Assembly: GCA_964016885.1 (NCBI GenBank)
Contig: OZ024747.1
Location: 83,328,001 to 83,392,000, forward strand
Direction: 5' to 3'
From: Eledone cirrhosa
Taxonomy: Eukaryota
Length of the DNA: 64,000 bases
The notes beneath the pieces were generated by a model. It searched no databases and was not told the DNA's origin. It saw only the letters and a program-made list of their open reading frames with translations. The position numbers and the translations under genes are program-made. The first letter of the stretch is position 1; each line of letters opens with the position of its first letter. Shown in pieces: positions 11,826 through 25,232 of the stretch.

Positions 11826-11960
11826 GAGAGAGAGAGATAGAGATAGAGTGTGTGTGTGTGTATGTGTGTATTTGTGTGTGTGTGTATGTGTGTGTGTGTA
11901 TGTGTGTGTGTATGTGTGTGTGTGTGTATGTGTGTGTGTGTGTGTATGTGTGTGTGTGTT

Positions 11961-11993
<33 letters not shown>

Positions 11994-12236
11994 TTGTGTT
12001 TGTGTGTGTGTTTGTGTTTGTGTGTGTTTGTGTTTGTGTGTGTTTGTGTGTGTGTGTGTTTGTGTGTGTTTGTGTTTGTGTTTGTGTTTGTGTTTGTGTT
12101 TGTGTTTGTGTGTGTTTGTGTTTGTGTGTGTGTGTGTTTGTGTGTGTTTGTGTTTGTGTGTGTTTGTGTGTGTTTGTGTTTGTGTGTGTGTTTGTGTGTG
12201 TTTGTGTTTGTGTGTGTGTTTGTGTGTGTTTGTGTT

Positions 12237-12280
<44 letters not shown>

Positions 12281-12521
12281 TGTGTGTTTGTGTGTGTTTG
12301 TGTGTGTTTGTGTTTGTGTTTGTGTGTGTTTGTGTTTGTGTGTGTTTGTGTTTGTGTGTGTTTGTGTTTGTGTGTATTTGTGTTTGTGTGTGTTTGTGTG
12401 TGTGTGTTTGTGTGTGTTTGTGTGTGTTTGTGTGTGTTTGTGTGTGTTTGTGTGTGTTTGTGTGTGTTTGTGTGTGTTTGTGTGTGTTTGTGTGTGTTTG
12501 TGTGTGTTTGTGTGTGTTTGT
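11826..12521. repeat. Compound (GA)n/(TG)n/(TTTGTG)n microsatellite, ~700 bp
   Basis: Direct reading. Confidence 0.98.
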
Positions 12522-12702
12522 TTTTATATCCTGTAACTTAGTGATTTGACAAAAAGAAATTGATAAGATAAACCAGTCTTGAAAAAAATAAGCACCAAGG
12601 TTGATATGATCAATGAGATCTCTTAATGACTGAAACCAGCAAAAGGATAAAAGAATTTCCAAAATGTATCACACAGAAATTCCAGTGAGATTTAAAATGT
12701 AC

Positions 12703-12821
12703 CTGTGTTGGTGTCGTCTTTATCTGCATTATCATCCTTCCCTAAGATTTTAGCTGATCCAAAGTCTGTGATCTGTATATGCATTTTATCATTAAGTAAT
12801 ATATTTTCGGGTTTCAAATCC
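12703..12821 (-). CDS. PDPK1: PDPK1 exon ([39 protein letters not shown])
   Basis: Catalytic loop and DFG. TTTTTCAG acceptor, G|GTACAT donor, 119 nt. Confidence 0.95.
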
Positions 12822-14171
12822 CTGAAAAAACAAAAACAAACTAAATAAATACCCCCAAAAAAGTAAAATAATTCAGCTGTTTGCTCATGAAAATTAACTT
12901 GCAAATAACTGAGTATTCAACAGACATGTGTAGTCTTAACATCATTCTCAGATAGATTCAGTGTGACAATCTGTGTAAGGCTGGCCCTTTGAATTATGGG
13001 TACAGCCCACCTGATTTCCATCTATCCAATTTTACTTACAAACCATGGGTTGACATGAAGCTATGGTAAATGACACCTAAAATGCCATGCAGTGGGATTG
13101 AACCCAGAGCTTTGATTGTGAAGTGAACCTCTTAACCATTTGACTATACTGCATAATGAGTGTCAAATGCAGTAATCTAAGAATTTGAGACAGTTTTACA
13201 CTACTATTTATTCAATCCCAAACTTGCAAGTATGAACTTTGGATGGTTGATTTAAATGCAGGAACAAGAATTAAATATATCTATAAAAAAGATCAAGGAA
13301 ATCATACTTCCACTAGTCTTTCCATTGCTTATACTATCTTCCGGTCACAACTCCTGGTAAAAAACAGAGTCAAGTAGACAAAGTACTTCATTTGGTTTTA
13401 CCAAACAAGCCACTGAGCTTTTTTGGTGTCTCCTTACTACAACCACAATCCTTCTTGTGTGCAGTAATGTGTACTGTCCTTTCTATCCTGGACCATATTT
13501 TAACTTCTGCCAACAAACAGCTATTTAAAATCTTATTGTGACACACAACTTGTCAAAATATTAACAAACAATCTCAGTAAGTGATTTTGTCATCTTTTCA
13601 ATAATTCCAAGAAGAGACATACAGAGAGTTATGGAATTACATATTTCTCCACAATAGGTTTTGGAAATCTGTAGCTCCAAATCCACATGTGGCTCTTTAG
13701 CACACAATTTTATTAAAAAATGTACCGTATGAAACCTCATTAAGATATTCTTGAAAAGTACAAAACAGAACAATGAATACATCACATTAAATTCTAAAGT
13801 GTTTAGTACATAGTACACTGCACATTTTAACAACCTGTCCACTAGTATTGTCATTACAAATATTTGAATTAAATTTGGTTTTAGATATTTTCTGCTAAAT
13901 TATTACAAGATATTATGAGTTAAATCTGCAATCTTGTATTAAAATAAAAACCATGACATATGATGTAGACATTGAAGCAATTTCAGTTAAGATTCAAAAA
14001 CCCAAATCACACTGACTAAGAAAAACAGTTAAGTCTCATAATTTATTATAAACAATTATATTCATTTATAATAAATTATGAGACTGACTTTTTTTTTAAA
14101 GCTTAAAATGGCTATTTAGATTGATATGGCTCCCTACCCCTGTTCCATGAAATAAAAACAGAATATCAAAC

Positions 14172-14316
14172 CTGTGAATGATCCCTAAACCATTAAGATA
14201 TTCCAGTGCAGTGACAATCTCTGCTGAGTAGAAGCAGGTGCTTTTCTCATCAAAAGAAGACAATTTCCGCAAGTAATCCAACAGTTCTCCTCGGCGAGCA
14301 TAGCTGAGAACAAAAT
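14172..14316 (-). CDS. PDPK1: PDPK1 exon (YFVLSYARRGELLDYLRKLSSFDEKSTCFYSAEIVTALEYLNGLGIIHR)
   Basis: 145 nt, phase 1-2, AG|GTTTGA donor. Confidence 0.96.
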
Positions 14317-14997
14317 CTAGGGCAAAACTAAGGAAGATTAGCTTGGATGAGTTAAATTCCAAAATTCAGACCTGAATTTGAATCAGTTTAACTTTTTCTT
14401 TCCATATTTTTAATGAAAGGCACTGCCTAAGATTTTCAAATTTTGAAAAACAATTTGGAGGTATTTTTATTACAACTAACTTTTCCTTCTATTATCAAAT
14501 TTCTAATGAAATACACGGCCAATATTTTTCAATTAACTGAAAATAAAAATTTTAGAGTGATTAGTAAAATAACTAATATTTTTCATTACTAAGCTGATGT
14601 TTGATATATATAATCATCATCACTGTTTAACGTCCATTTTTCCATGATTGCATAGAGCGGATGGGTCATCCACGTCAAGAGTTAAGTCTGGCCAGGATTG
14701 GCCACGTCGTACCTTGCTTTGACGGGACTTTAAATTTGGCAGGGGTTTTACAGCTGGATGCCCTTCCCAACACCAACGATGACTTTAAAAATGTTTACTT
14801 AAAACTATATTGGAAGGTTTTGTACTATAGAACCAGGAGTTGTTTCTAATGAGTTGGTATAAAAAAGGATTATCCTTTTTGATAGCAAACTGCTTGGTAG
14901 GGATTCTTGTGATTATTAATATTTTAATAGCATCAATATTGTGACAAATAATAGACAGGATTATCAAAATATTTTTCACTAATTAAATGAAGGATAC
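14317..14997 (-). other. U12-type (minor spliceosome) GT-AG intron
   Basis: 5' splice site GTATCCTTC. Branch-site-like TTCCTTAG at 14335-14328, close to the CTAG acceptor, with no long polypyrimidine tract. Confidence 0.85.
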
Positions 14998-15135
14998 ATA
15001 GTCTGTCAGTGTCTTGAAATGTATAGTACAACCGAATAAAAAATGGATGGTTGATTCTGGCTAGAACTTCTTTTTCTCTCATAACATATTGTGTCTTTTT
15101 CTCTCGTAAGATGTGCTTCTTTTCCAACACTTTGA
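14998..15135 (-). CDS. PDPK1: PDPK1 exon (IKVLEKKHILREKKTQYVMREKEVLARINHPFFIRLYYTFQDTDRL)
   Basis: TTTTTCAG acceptor, 138 nt, followed by the U12-type donor GTATCCTTC. Confidence 0.96.
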
Positions 15136-15668
15136 CTGAAAAAGAAAAGTGTTTTAGCAAAAACTGAACTGTAAGATTTAATTTAAAATACATTTAAAAT
15201 ATGACAGAAAATAAAAAAAATAGAAATAAAGTAAAAAAAAAAGTGTATAATGAGGAAGGAGGCAAACTTTACAGCTTTGACTGGGTGGCATATCTCAGTT
15301 GTACCCAACGGAGAACAGCTGTGATACCTGCTATATAAGCCATTTCACCTAGCAGGAGGTGCTCCCTCAAGCATGATGTCTTCATACAGATTCGGCAAAG
15401 GAAAACAGTAGTTTAGGCAGTGAGAACATTGGAGGTTTCAATGGCAAGTAGCACAAAAAAGAATTGATCACGCAATGCCTGGTATTTGGTCATCTTCTGC
15501 TCCCCACCCAGATTAAACACAAAACACAGAAGATTACAAATGAATCTACCTTTAATTAATTTCTTATATTTTTAATGAAAGACACTGCCTGAGAATTTTA
15601 GATTGTTTTGAAAATAATAAAAAATTTGGACAAATCTAATATAACTTTTCATTATTTATGTGGTGTTA

Positions 15669-15850
15669 GGGCGGTGGATTGGCAGTATCAGTAGAGGGTC
15701 GGACGCCATGCTTTGTAGCATAGAGTTACGGCTCTTTACAGCCCGATTTAAAATCCCACCGAGGTAACTTTGCCTTTCATCCATACGAGGTCGATAAAAT
15801 AAAGCACCAGTAATGCACTGGGATAATTGCTGGCCTTGTGCCAAAAGAAA
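15669..15850 (+). mobile_element. SINE with a conserved central domain (ACTTTGCCTTTCATCC...GGTCGATAAAATAA.CACCAG), inserted in a MITE A copy
   Basis: Related copies at ~1500-1580(-), 5085-5225(-), 61280-61420(+) and 61585-61745(-). The motif resembles the Meta/Nin-type SINE domain. Confidence 0.65.
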
Positions 15851-16456
15851 CAATTATTCATGTCATGTTATGAGTATAACTTAAAGGTTCTTATACAGAA
15901 TCATGATGAAAAGGTTTTTAGATTAATCTAAGCATTTTAAAATAAATGGATTTGTATTATAGAACTATGGACAGTTTCAGATGATTTGCTATCAGACAGG
16001 TTAAATTTGACATGAAACTTTTAGTGAAGCCATTCTGACTTGGTATACTTTCCTAAATTAATTGAAATTAGGCAAATAAAAGCATTTGGTGAGAACATGT
16101 GATAGTCAAAAACGTATGTAAAAATTTCTTTTGGGGATATCAAAATAGTAATATATAATCATGAACAGATCAGCTTTATATTCTCCACTAAAAACATACT
16201 CCCAACTTGTCAAACAAGTATATACTTCCCAGGACTCAAAATATGTTTATAATTGCAAATAACTAGTCTTTCTCAAGTTCATAGATGACACATTGCACTA
16301 AATGTTGAACAGCAATGGCATTCAGGACAGAGGGAGGGAAACGACAATGAAAAAGAATAATGGTTATTTACAAGAACAAGTGATGACTCAAAGTGAGTGA
16401 GACCGAAGTCATATTACTGAAAAACACAAGAGTGATGATGCAGAAATGTGCGATAT

Positions 16457-16493
<37 letters not shown>

Positions 16494-16545
16494 GGAGAGA
16501 GAGAGAGAGAGAGGGGGAGAGAGAGAGAGAGGGAGAGAGAGAGAG
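16457..16545. repeat. (GA)n microsatellite
   Basis: Direct reading. Another lies at 1884-1936. Confidence 0.97.
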
Positions 16546-17114
16546 TCATGGACGGTGTTCCTGTGGAACATGTCTAGAGTGGTGTTAGAAAAGTTACTTT
16601 AATTTTAATGAGATTTAATCCATTTGATAAACCACCTGAAATATAACTGGTTTGCCAAGAGATTAGGCTAAGGAGAGCTATGCCAACATCTGTCTAGACA
16701 AAATGACACACATGCAAGCAGGCAGGCAGTCATGGTACATGTGTGTGTGTGTGTGTGTGTGTGTGCACGTGCGAGTATGCACATGTAACCATATGAATAT
16801 ATACACGCACAGACTAAAGTTAATAAAAATTGAAACAGAAAATGTAACAGGCTGTGAGATAGCAACAACAGATTAATAGACACGCATTAAACATTAAAAT
16901 TTAACCCCATTACCAACCACACCACTCGACAGACAGATCATAAATTAACAAACACAGGCATTAACTATAAATCTCAATCTCTAGACTTGGCCTGTCAGCA
17001 GAGTATAACTGCTGTCTGGCTGCAGTGCAACAAGCTAGCTGTTTACTGACAACTGGTGCACACTTACAGGGGATTGGTATGCTGATAGTTATGCTAGGAA
17101 TTCAGATAATTGGA

Positions 17115-17149
<35 letters not shown>

Positions 17150-17395
17150 TTCAAAGGAGCTTGGTTTGTTTTAGAAACTTTATTTCAATACATTTTTTTA
17201 AAAATTCAAATATGAAACCAAACATGTTATATGGAAGGCATTTATTACAACTGACAGGGCTTAATGCCCTAAAGTAGAAGACAACATCATCTGCTTAGCA
17301 ACCAATATTGAAAATGGAATTAGATATTAATAGAATTAGCTATAGTTTTGGTGAATTATGAAGAAAAAAAAAAGATACTAGCTTTTCTGTTGTCA

Positions 17396-17681
17396 TAACC
17401 CTTTTGATACCAACCTGGCCAAAATTGGATCTTATTCTATGAAACAAAACTACTCATTTTAAAGGATTCAAATTTAAATTAATATTTTCCAACAATTTTA
17501 TTATAAGAAACATTTATTATAAATACTATCTTAATAATTTTACTAAATCCTTAATTCTTCATTAATTAATTGAAATAGTGTATTTTATTAGAAAGATGGT
17601 AATGAAAGGATTACTTCTTGATACCAAATCTCCTAAAACTGCCCCCAATTCTATGATAGATACAACACTGTCAAAGTATTT

Positions 17682-17714
<33 letters not shown>

Positions 17715-17844
17715 TGTTATATTCAATACACCAGATAAGTAATGAGAAAAAGTTATATTACTAAATCACTTCAAATTCTTGATTACTTTAAAAAATAAAA
17801 ATCATAGGCAGAGTCTTGCATTAAAAATATAATGAAAGGGTTAA
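17396..17844 (+). mobile_element. Two head-to-tail MITE family A copies
   Basis: TAACCCTTTTGATACC...GAAAGGATTA, then TTGATACC...GAAAGGGTTAA. Confidence 0.7.
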
Positions 17845-19944
17845 CATACAACTAAGGAAATAGTATTTAAAATATACTGTTTATCTTGTCTTAACCTGTT
17901 CAGTGTTGCAATCTTGAAAATATAATTTTCTAAACTTGAAATAAGTACACAAGTGTTCCATGGCAATTTACCCTACCAAAGCAAGGATTAACCCCACACA
18001 TGACAAAATCCTCCATTTTCTCATATCCTCTGTACCCTCTCCACTCACCAAATCCCTGGCTTTCATTTCCTCCTCCACCTTTAGCCACGTCTTTCTTGGC
18101 CTTCCTCTTCCTCTAAATTCACTTCCATCACTCCTCTCACTCAGTTACTTCCATTCTTCCCCAACACATGAAATATGTCAGACGTTATATTTTTTTCTAA
18201 AATTACAATCAAGTCATCAATTCATCCATAACTGGAACAATATCCAATCTTCTGGAGGGTTGCTGCTAAAATTCTGATCTCATAGTATAAAGAAAATGAT
18301 AGATGTCATCCAGGATGGACCTCTCTAGGTTTATACGATGAGTGTTCTAGTGGTCTACAGAATAGCCTGCTTGTCTGTAGTGGCTGAGCCTTCCCCAGTT
18401 ATGGGAACCTCTTATTGTAATTCTCAGGGAGGGTGCTGGTTCCACAACAAAAAGTACCCAATTCACTCTGTAAGATTATTATACTGGTGCCATGACAAAA
18501 GATCAAAGTACATGCTACAAAGTGGCTGGTGTTAGGAAGGGCATCCAAAAATAGAAACCAATCCCAAAATGGAGGGTATGAGCAAGACATGGTCACCTGA
18601 CCTATCTGGTCTCCTAAGGTGACAGCCTGTCTAACCGATACAAGCATGAAACTAGATGTTAAATGGTGATGATTCAGTGTGTAACAACCTGACTCTTTGA
18701 ATTACAGTCACAGTCCATTTGGTGGGCTTTCAAACAGTCTACAAAATTCACATGGCTCAGATTGACTAAAGGCTAAGATAAATGACACTTGCCCAAGATG
18801 TCACAAAGTGAGGTCAAACACAGAACCTTATGATTGTAAAGCAAACTTCTTAACCATTTGGCCAACACCAAGTTATTATACAAATTATTTCCACACTTGA
18901 TATTTATACATAATAGCTAAGTCAACTGAGACATTTGTGATTAAAATGTTTTGTCTAGAAACAGTGAAATATCAGCAAATTTCAATTTCTGACCAATGAG
19001 CAGGCAATCTAGTAAGTTATTTATTAGAGTATCTTGACTACATAACATATTAATTTCAGTAAAAACACATTCCATTTATCATTCAAAGAAAAAAACCCCA
19101 AACAATTGGATTTCTAAGCCAAAACATTTACTACAATATATATATGAGAAAATACCTGTATCTACTATGGTCAGCATGAAAACCTTCATACAGTATTTAA
19201 AAATCTGACGATAGAGGGGAAGGGCAATGCCTATGATCCTTTTCAGGACCAATGAGACTGGTAAGAAGGAGGAAGTTATCTTCAAACTAGAGACCTGGCT
19301 TTAATGTTTGTAACAGAATGAACTCTGCTAAAGGCAACCAATTACCAGGTTGGGTTAAACCAGATAATGGGTTAATTTACTACCTAAGTGTAGGGTCATG
19401 CCAGTATGTGAACGCAGAATGCAAAGAGTCAGAAAAAATACTGCAAGTCATCCTGTCTGATGTTTTAATGATTCTTCCAGTTCGCCACCTTGGCCTGGAA
19501 CTTTGACCTTGGAAAGATGGAAGGCAAAACTGATTGGCATTTCAACTCAGAACATAAAATGACTGACCTACTCGTTATTCTGCTGGACCATTGCCCTGGA
19601 ATGGTACTTTATTTTACAAACTATGGAAAGATGAAGGGCAAAATCTATTTTAGTGGTAGCTGAATATGATACACAAGTTAAAATAAATACATCAAAACAA
19701 TTTATCTGACGTAACGCTTCTGTCAGTTCACGGTCCATTAATGTAACCTAGGCAGAAAACTGGACACAATGTATATCAACTGCAGTTATATACAAGAAAA
19801 CTTTAAATAGAACCAGAAGACATCTCAAAATGTGTTTGATTTTTTTCCTTTTTCATTGGTTTCATTCATTGAACAGTTGCTATAGAGAGCAATAGCTTTC
19901 AAAGATATAGTTGATTACTTTATTGACCCCCCCCCCCCCCCAAG

Positions 19945-20370
19945 TATCATCATCATTTCTATATTTACTTTCCCATGGGTTAGATGAACTCTCTCCAATA
20001 TGGCTTCTCGCTACTTCTCTCTTTCTTCTGTCATCTCCTTTGTGGCTTTCAGTATCCCGATGCCAGCATTTACCACATCTGCCCAACTCTTCCTGGGCTT
20101 CTTTTCACTTGGAACTTCATTTAACAGTCATTACCAATGTAATCATCATCTAATAGTCATCATCACATGTCTGTACCAGTGCAGCATTCTTTTCTTCTAC
20201 ATGCACTTGATTCCTCTTACACCTAGTTTTCCTCTCAGCTCATCCTTCCTTCATTCAAGCCCAGCTATTGCACATCCAACAGAGCATGCTTGATTTGTTT
20301 CTTTCCGGCCTTCACAAATTCTCTGTATTCAATGCAATTTTATATATTGCAGCATTGCACTTGGCATCAT
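19945..20370 (-). mobile_element. Degenerate RTE 3' fragment
   Basis: Similar to the 3' end of the intact RTE (gtgtaagaggaatcaagtgc, ctggtacagacatgtgatg), with a GAT tail. Confidence 0.6.
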
Positions 20371-20790
20371 AATTAAAAGCACAACTAACATGAGAATGTT
20401 AGGAGTTGTTACCAAATATTAGAAGGCATTTTGTCGGATGTTCTAATTTTACAATCCATCACTATATATCATCATCGCATAACGTCCATTTTTCCATGCT
20501 AGCATGGGTCATACAGGTTGTCCGCATTGACAGACAAGTCTGGCCAAGATTAGCCACGCCATACCTTACTCTGATGGGATTGTAAATTTGGCTGGGGTTT
20601 TTACAGCTGGATGCCCTTCCTATCACCAACCACATTTAGTGTGGGACTGTATAATCATTCCAAAACATTTGGATAGTAAAAAAATAAATAAAAAGTAAAT
20701 ATGAAAGCAAACTGGAACAACAATCAACTTTTAAAGTTTATATTCTTTTCTTCTTTTAACTGGTTTCAGTCATTAGATGTTATGGCACTG

Positions 20791-22588
20791 TCATCATCAT
20801 CATCATCACTGTTTTACGTCCGTTCTTCCACGCTAGCATGGGTTAGACGGGTTGTCCTGTTGTGGGCAGTGTCTGGTCGGCTGACCATGCCTTGCTCATA
20901 CAGGAACTGATTCTGGCTCGATTTCTACAGCTGGATGCCCTTCCTAACACCAACCTCATTTACAGTGAGTGCTGGGTGCTTCTTCCGTGGCGCCTACACA
21001 TCCACTTTACAGTGTGGGCTGGGTGCTTTTTTGCCGTGGCACCTCCACGACCACCTTGCAGTGGGAGGGTGTGGGGCATATTGTCTATATGCTTCAGCTT
21101 GTACCCATGGGAGGTCGGGTACTCTGTATTACTGCGTGACGCCAGAGGTCACGGTCGTGTGTCATCGCCTTTGAGAGGTGTAATTGAGTAAGGTCGGCTT
21201 TTATCACCTCATCCCAGGTCTTCTTGGGTCTCCCCACTCCGCGGTCTCCATTGATTTCTAGTGCTCTGCACCTTTTTATGTAGCTGTCATCCTTCATACG
21301 AATCACATGTCCATACCAACGCAATCGCCTCTCCTGCACACAGCATTTGATTCCTCTTATGCTCAGTCTCTCTCTCAATTCATTTATGTTTTGTCGTTCG
21401 CGTATATTACTATTACACATCCATCGGAGCATGTAGGCTTCGTTTCATTCTAATCTACGTAAGTCTTCCACCTTCAGCGCCCAGGTCTCACTACCATGTA
21501 ACATTGTTGTTCGGATACACGCATCATACAGTCTGCCTTTCATTTTGAGGGAGAAGTCTTTTGCAGCTAGCAGTGGTAGTAGTTCCCTGAACTTCTTCCA
21601 TCCCGTTCTTACCCTAGTTATTGTACTTTCTGAACACCCACCTCCGCTGCTAATTCGGTCACCTAGGTAGCAGAAGCTGTCTACTGTTTCTACAGAGCCC
21701 TACCAGAGATTGGTGGTACTTGTTTCCTGTGGCTGTTTGCTGCTTGCTGTCCCAGCATAGCTGCTGCATGTGAAGCCTACATTCTTAATTAAGCTTCCTG
21801 AGATCCTGCTACATCTCTTGTGTACCCATTGTTTGCATTTGGGGCAGAGAATGGAGTTCCTACCTACACCTTTCCTACATACTGAGCAAGGCCATTTTCC
21901 TGAGGTGATCCGGGTTCTGTTTTCTCGTCTACTTACAAGGGCCTTAGTCTTTGTCTTGTTGACTTTGAGACCCTTTCTTTCTAGTCCCTGCTTCCAAGTT
22001 TAGAATTTCTTCTCTAGTTCTACCATAGATTCAGCTATAAGTGCGAGGTCATCAGCATACAGGAGTTCCCATGGGCATCCGGTCTTAAACTCCTCCGTTA
22101 TTGCCTGCAGGACTATGATGAACAGGAGAGGGCTAAGAACAGAGCCCTGGTGGACCCCAACCTGTATGCTAAATTCCTCGCTATACTCATTGCTAATCCT
22201 AACTTTGCTGACTGCTCCCCTATACATGGCTTGTACAGCTTTCACAAGCCATTCATCTACTCCTAGTTTTCTAAGAGCCCACCAGATTACAGCACGTGGA
22301 ACTCTGTCAAAGGCTTTCTCGAGATCGACGAATGCCAAGTAGAGTGGCTTACTTTTAGCTAGGTACTTTTCCTGTAACTGCCTCACAAAGAAGAGGGCAT
22401 CAGTGGTGCCTCTTCCTGGTACAAACCCAAATCGCATCTCATCTATTTTCACCCTGTCCCTAATCAACTGTGGTATAACTCTTTCTGTTACTTTCATGAC
22501 CTGTCCATCAGCTTTATACCTCTATAGTTTCCTCTATCTAGTGCATTACCTTTACCTTTGTAATCTAGTGCATCACCTTTACCTTTGT
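20791..22588 (-). mobile_element. 5'-truncated RTE LINE (subfamily 1) with in-frame stops
   Basis: RT motifs FVDLEKAFD, GVHQGSVLSP and LLYADD, PHD-like region, 3' UTR and (GAT)n tail. Small tandem duplication at the 5' junction. Confidence 0.95.
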
Positions 22589-22681
22589 CTTGAAAGGATT
22601 TAGTTGATCATATTGGTACTCATTTTACCTAGCTATTTTTGTTGAACCAATATGTAAACCTAAACACAGGCGCACATGCTT

Positions 22682-22845
22682 ACACACACACAGGCTCCTG
22701 CATAGTTTCTATCTACCAAATTTTACTTATAAGGCATTGATCAACCCATGGATCAAGTAGACACTTTCCCAAGGGGCCATGGAGTTGAACTGAACCCAAG
22801 GCCAAGTGGTTGTGAAACAAACCCCTTAACCATACAGCTATGCCT
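22682..22845 (-). mobile_element. tRNA-derived SINE ending in (TG)n
   Basis: Reverse strand reads GGCATAGCTGTATGGTTAAG...GGGTTCAGTTC (A/B boxes). Related copies at ~13000-13150, 18720-18870, 55400-55540, 56180-56320 and 60870-61010. Confidence 0.65.
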
Positions 22846-22936
22846 GTGCTTATATAGAAATTCTTTTTAAATGGGACCTCACAGGAGAGTGGGGCACATG
22901 GTAACAATTTTGTTCATAGATGTAATATAAACTTAC

Positions 22937-22979
22937 TTGCATATTCCTTTTCTGTGTTGATCTCCTTAGCCAAATATAC
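22937..22979 (-). CDS. PDPK1: PDPK1 43-nt exon (VYLAKEINTEKEYA+A)
   Basis: TTTTCAG acceptor, GTAAGT donor. Matches vertebrate VLARELATSREYAI. Absent from the ORF track. Confidence 0.95.
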
Positions 22980-24458
22980 CTGAAAATATAAAAGTAAAAG
23001 TGAAATTAGTTATCAATTTAGTTAAATACAACATTGAATATTGGTTGTCCATTATTCCTAGTATAACACATTAATAAATTACCCTTTTGTGGCTGTAATT
23101 CTAATGAAATACACTATTTCAATTAATCAATTAAGAACCTTGAATATAAGCCAACCCCCTATTTTATATCTCAGAAATGGGCAAAAATCCAAACCCCTTT
23201 TATATGATGAGGCAGCTAATCAACACATGGTACAGTTTTGAACAAGGAATAGTTGAAAGAGATCAACTAAGAGGATACTGTATAAGGATTGAGAGTAGAA
23301 GAGGGTGGAAGACACAGTAAGTGAGAGCAAGAGGAGGGAGAGGGTGAGAAAGAGGGAAGGTTGAGAGAGAGCAAGAGAAGCAAGAGAGAAGGCAAGAACA
23401 AGAGAAGGAGATGTAGGTATACAAACAAAGAATATAAAACAAGGTGCATTCTAACTACTGAGATTAACAATGAAATCAGTCCCCTTTGTGCATGCATGTA
23501 GCTATCTTGACTGTGTCATACCTGAGCTGCCCCTATGGCCATTCTATGTTCTGTATCTATTCATCCATTCAAATAAAGAGGTAGTTTTGGTAGTATGATA
23601 AAATACTCTCAGTACATGCTGTAAAGTGGTTGGCTTTAGGAAGGGCATCAAACCATAGAAACCAAGCCAAAAACAGAGTGTATGAGCAAGACATGGCCAT
23701 ATGACCAGTCTAGCTTCAGTACATAACTTGTCTAACCCATGCAAGCATGTAAAATAGACTTTAAACAGTAATGATTATGATGATTCGTATTTATCTTGTT
23801 ACACACCTTTTTCTCATGTTCCTCCTACTTTGGTTATAATACTTCTAATGAAATGCACTGCCTGTGATTTTCAAATAATCAAGAGTTTGAAGGGATTTAG
23901 TAATAGAACTTAAGCTAGTGTTTCGAGTATAACAAAGATTCTTACATAAAATTATGTATATTTTTTAGATAAATATAAGCACTTTAAAACAGTTTTGTGT
24001 CACAGAATTAGGGGCAGTTTCAGACAGTTCAGTATCAAAAGGGTTAATCTATATCCATGCTCTTCAGTCTGTTGTCTTTTTGTGCTTTGTGTAACATTGC
24101 TTATTTCAATATCTGCTTGTGTCTCTCTGTTACTATCTAAATTTATATGAGTAATGAGTTTCCATAAATATCTCTTGATTGTCTGATACTTATATCTAAA
24201 ACTCACATAAATGAACAATAAACACACCCACTTGATATTCCACCCAGCTTAGTTACTGGAGATTTCAACAGCTTGTTTATAGTTTTGGCAGATCAACATA
24301 AAGAGATTGTGTAAAATAAGAACATTTACTAAAAATATGACAAAAAAAATACTGCATATTTCATGTAGGAGGGAGCTAATTTTTTTCTTCATTGTTTGCC
24401 TGTTTTTGTATAAAGAACAACAGATTAGAATCTGCTTTCAAAAGTAGGCAATATATAT

Positions 24459-25232
24459 AAAGGCTTCTCCCTCAGAATGAAAGGCAGACTGTATGATGCG
24501 TGTATCCGAACAGCGATGTTGCATGGTAGTGAGACCTGGGCGCTGAAGGTGGAAGACTTACGTAGATTAGAGAGAAACGAAGCCTGCATGCTCCGATGGA
24601 TGTGTAACAGTAATATACGTGAACGACAAAGCATAAATGAATTGAGAGAGAGACTGAGCATAAGAGGAATCAAATGCTGCGTGCAGGAGAGGCGGTTACG
24701 CTGGTATGGACATGTGATGCGTATGAAGGATGACAGCTGCATAAAAAGGTGCAGAGCACTAGAAGTTGATGGAAACCGCGGAGTGGGGAGACCCAAGATG
24801 ACTTGGGATGAGGTGATAAAAGCCGACCTTACCCAACTACACCTCTCAAAGTCAATGACACACGACCGTGACTTCTGGCGTCACGCAGTAATACAGGGTA
24901 CCCGACCTCCCATGGGTACATGCTGAAGCATATAAACAATATGCCCCCCCCCCCCCCCCCCACCGCAAGGTGGTCGTGGAGGTGCCACGGCAAAAAAGCA
25001 CCCAGCCCACACTGTAAAGTGGACGTGTAGGCGCCACGAAAAAGCACCCAGCACTCACTGTAAATGAGGTTGGTGTTAGGAAGGGCATCCAGCTGTAGAA
25101 ATCAAGCCAGATCAGTTCCTGTATGAGCAAGGCATGGTCAGCCGACCAGACACTGCCCACAACAGGACAACCCGTCTAACCCATGCTAGCGTGGAAGAAC
25201 GGACGTAAAACGGTGATGATGATGATGATGAT
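24459..25232 (+). mobile_element. 5'-truncated RTE LINE (subfamily 1), near-identical to 58913-59685
   Basis: Identical 149-aa C-terminal translation. (GAT)n tail. ATATAT on both flanks. Confidence 0.96.

Noticed and set aside
11646-12662. His/Thr-rich and Cys/Val-rich ORFs
   Set aside because: Translations of a (TG)n microsatellite.
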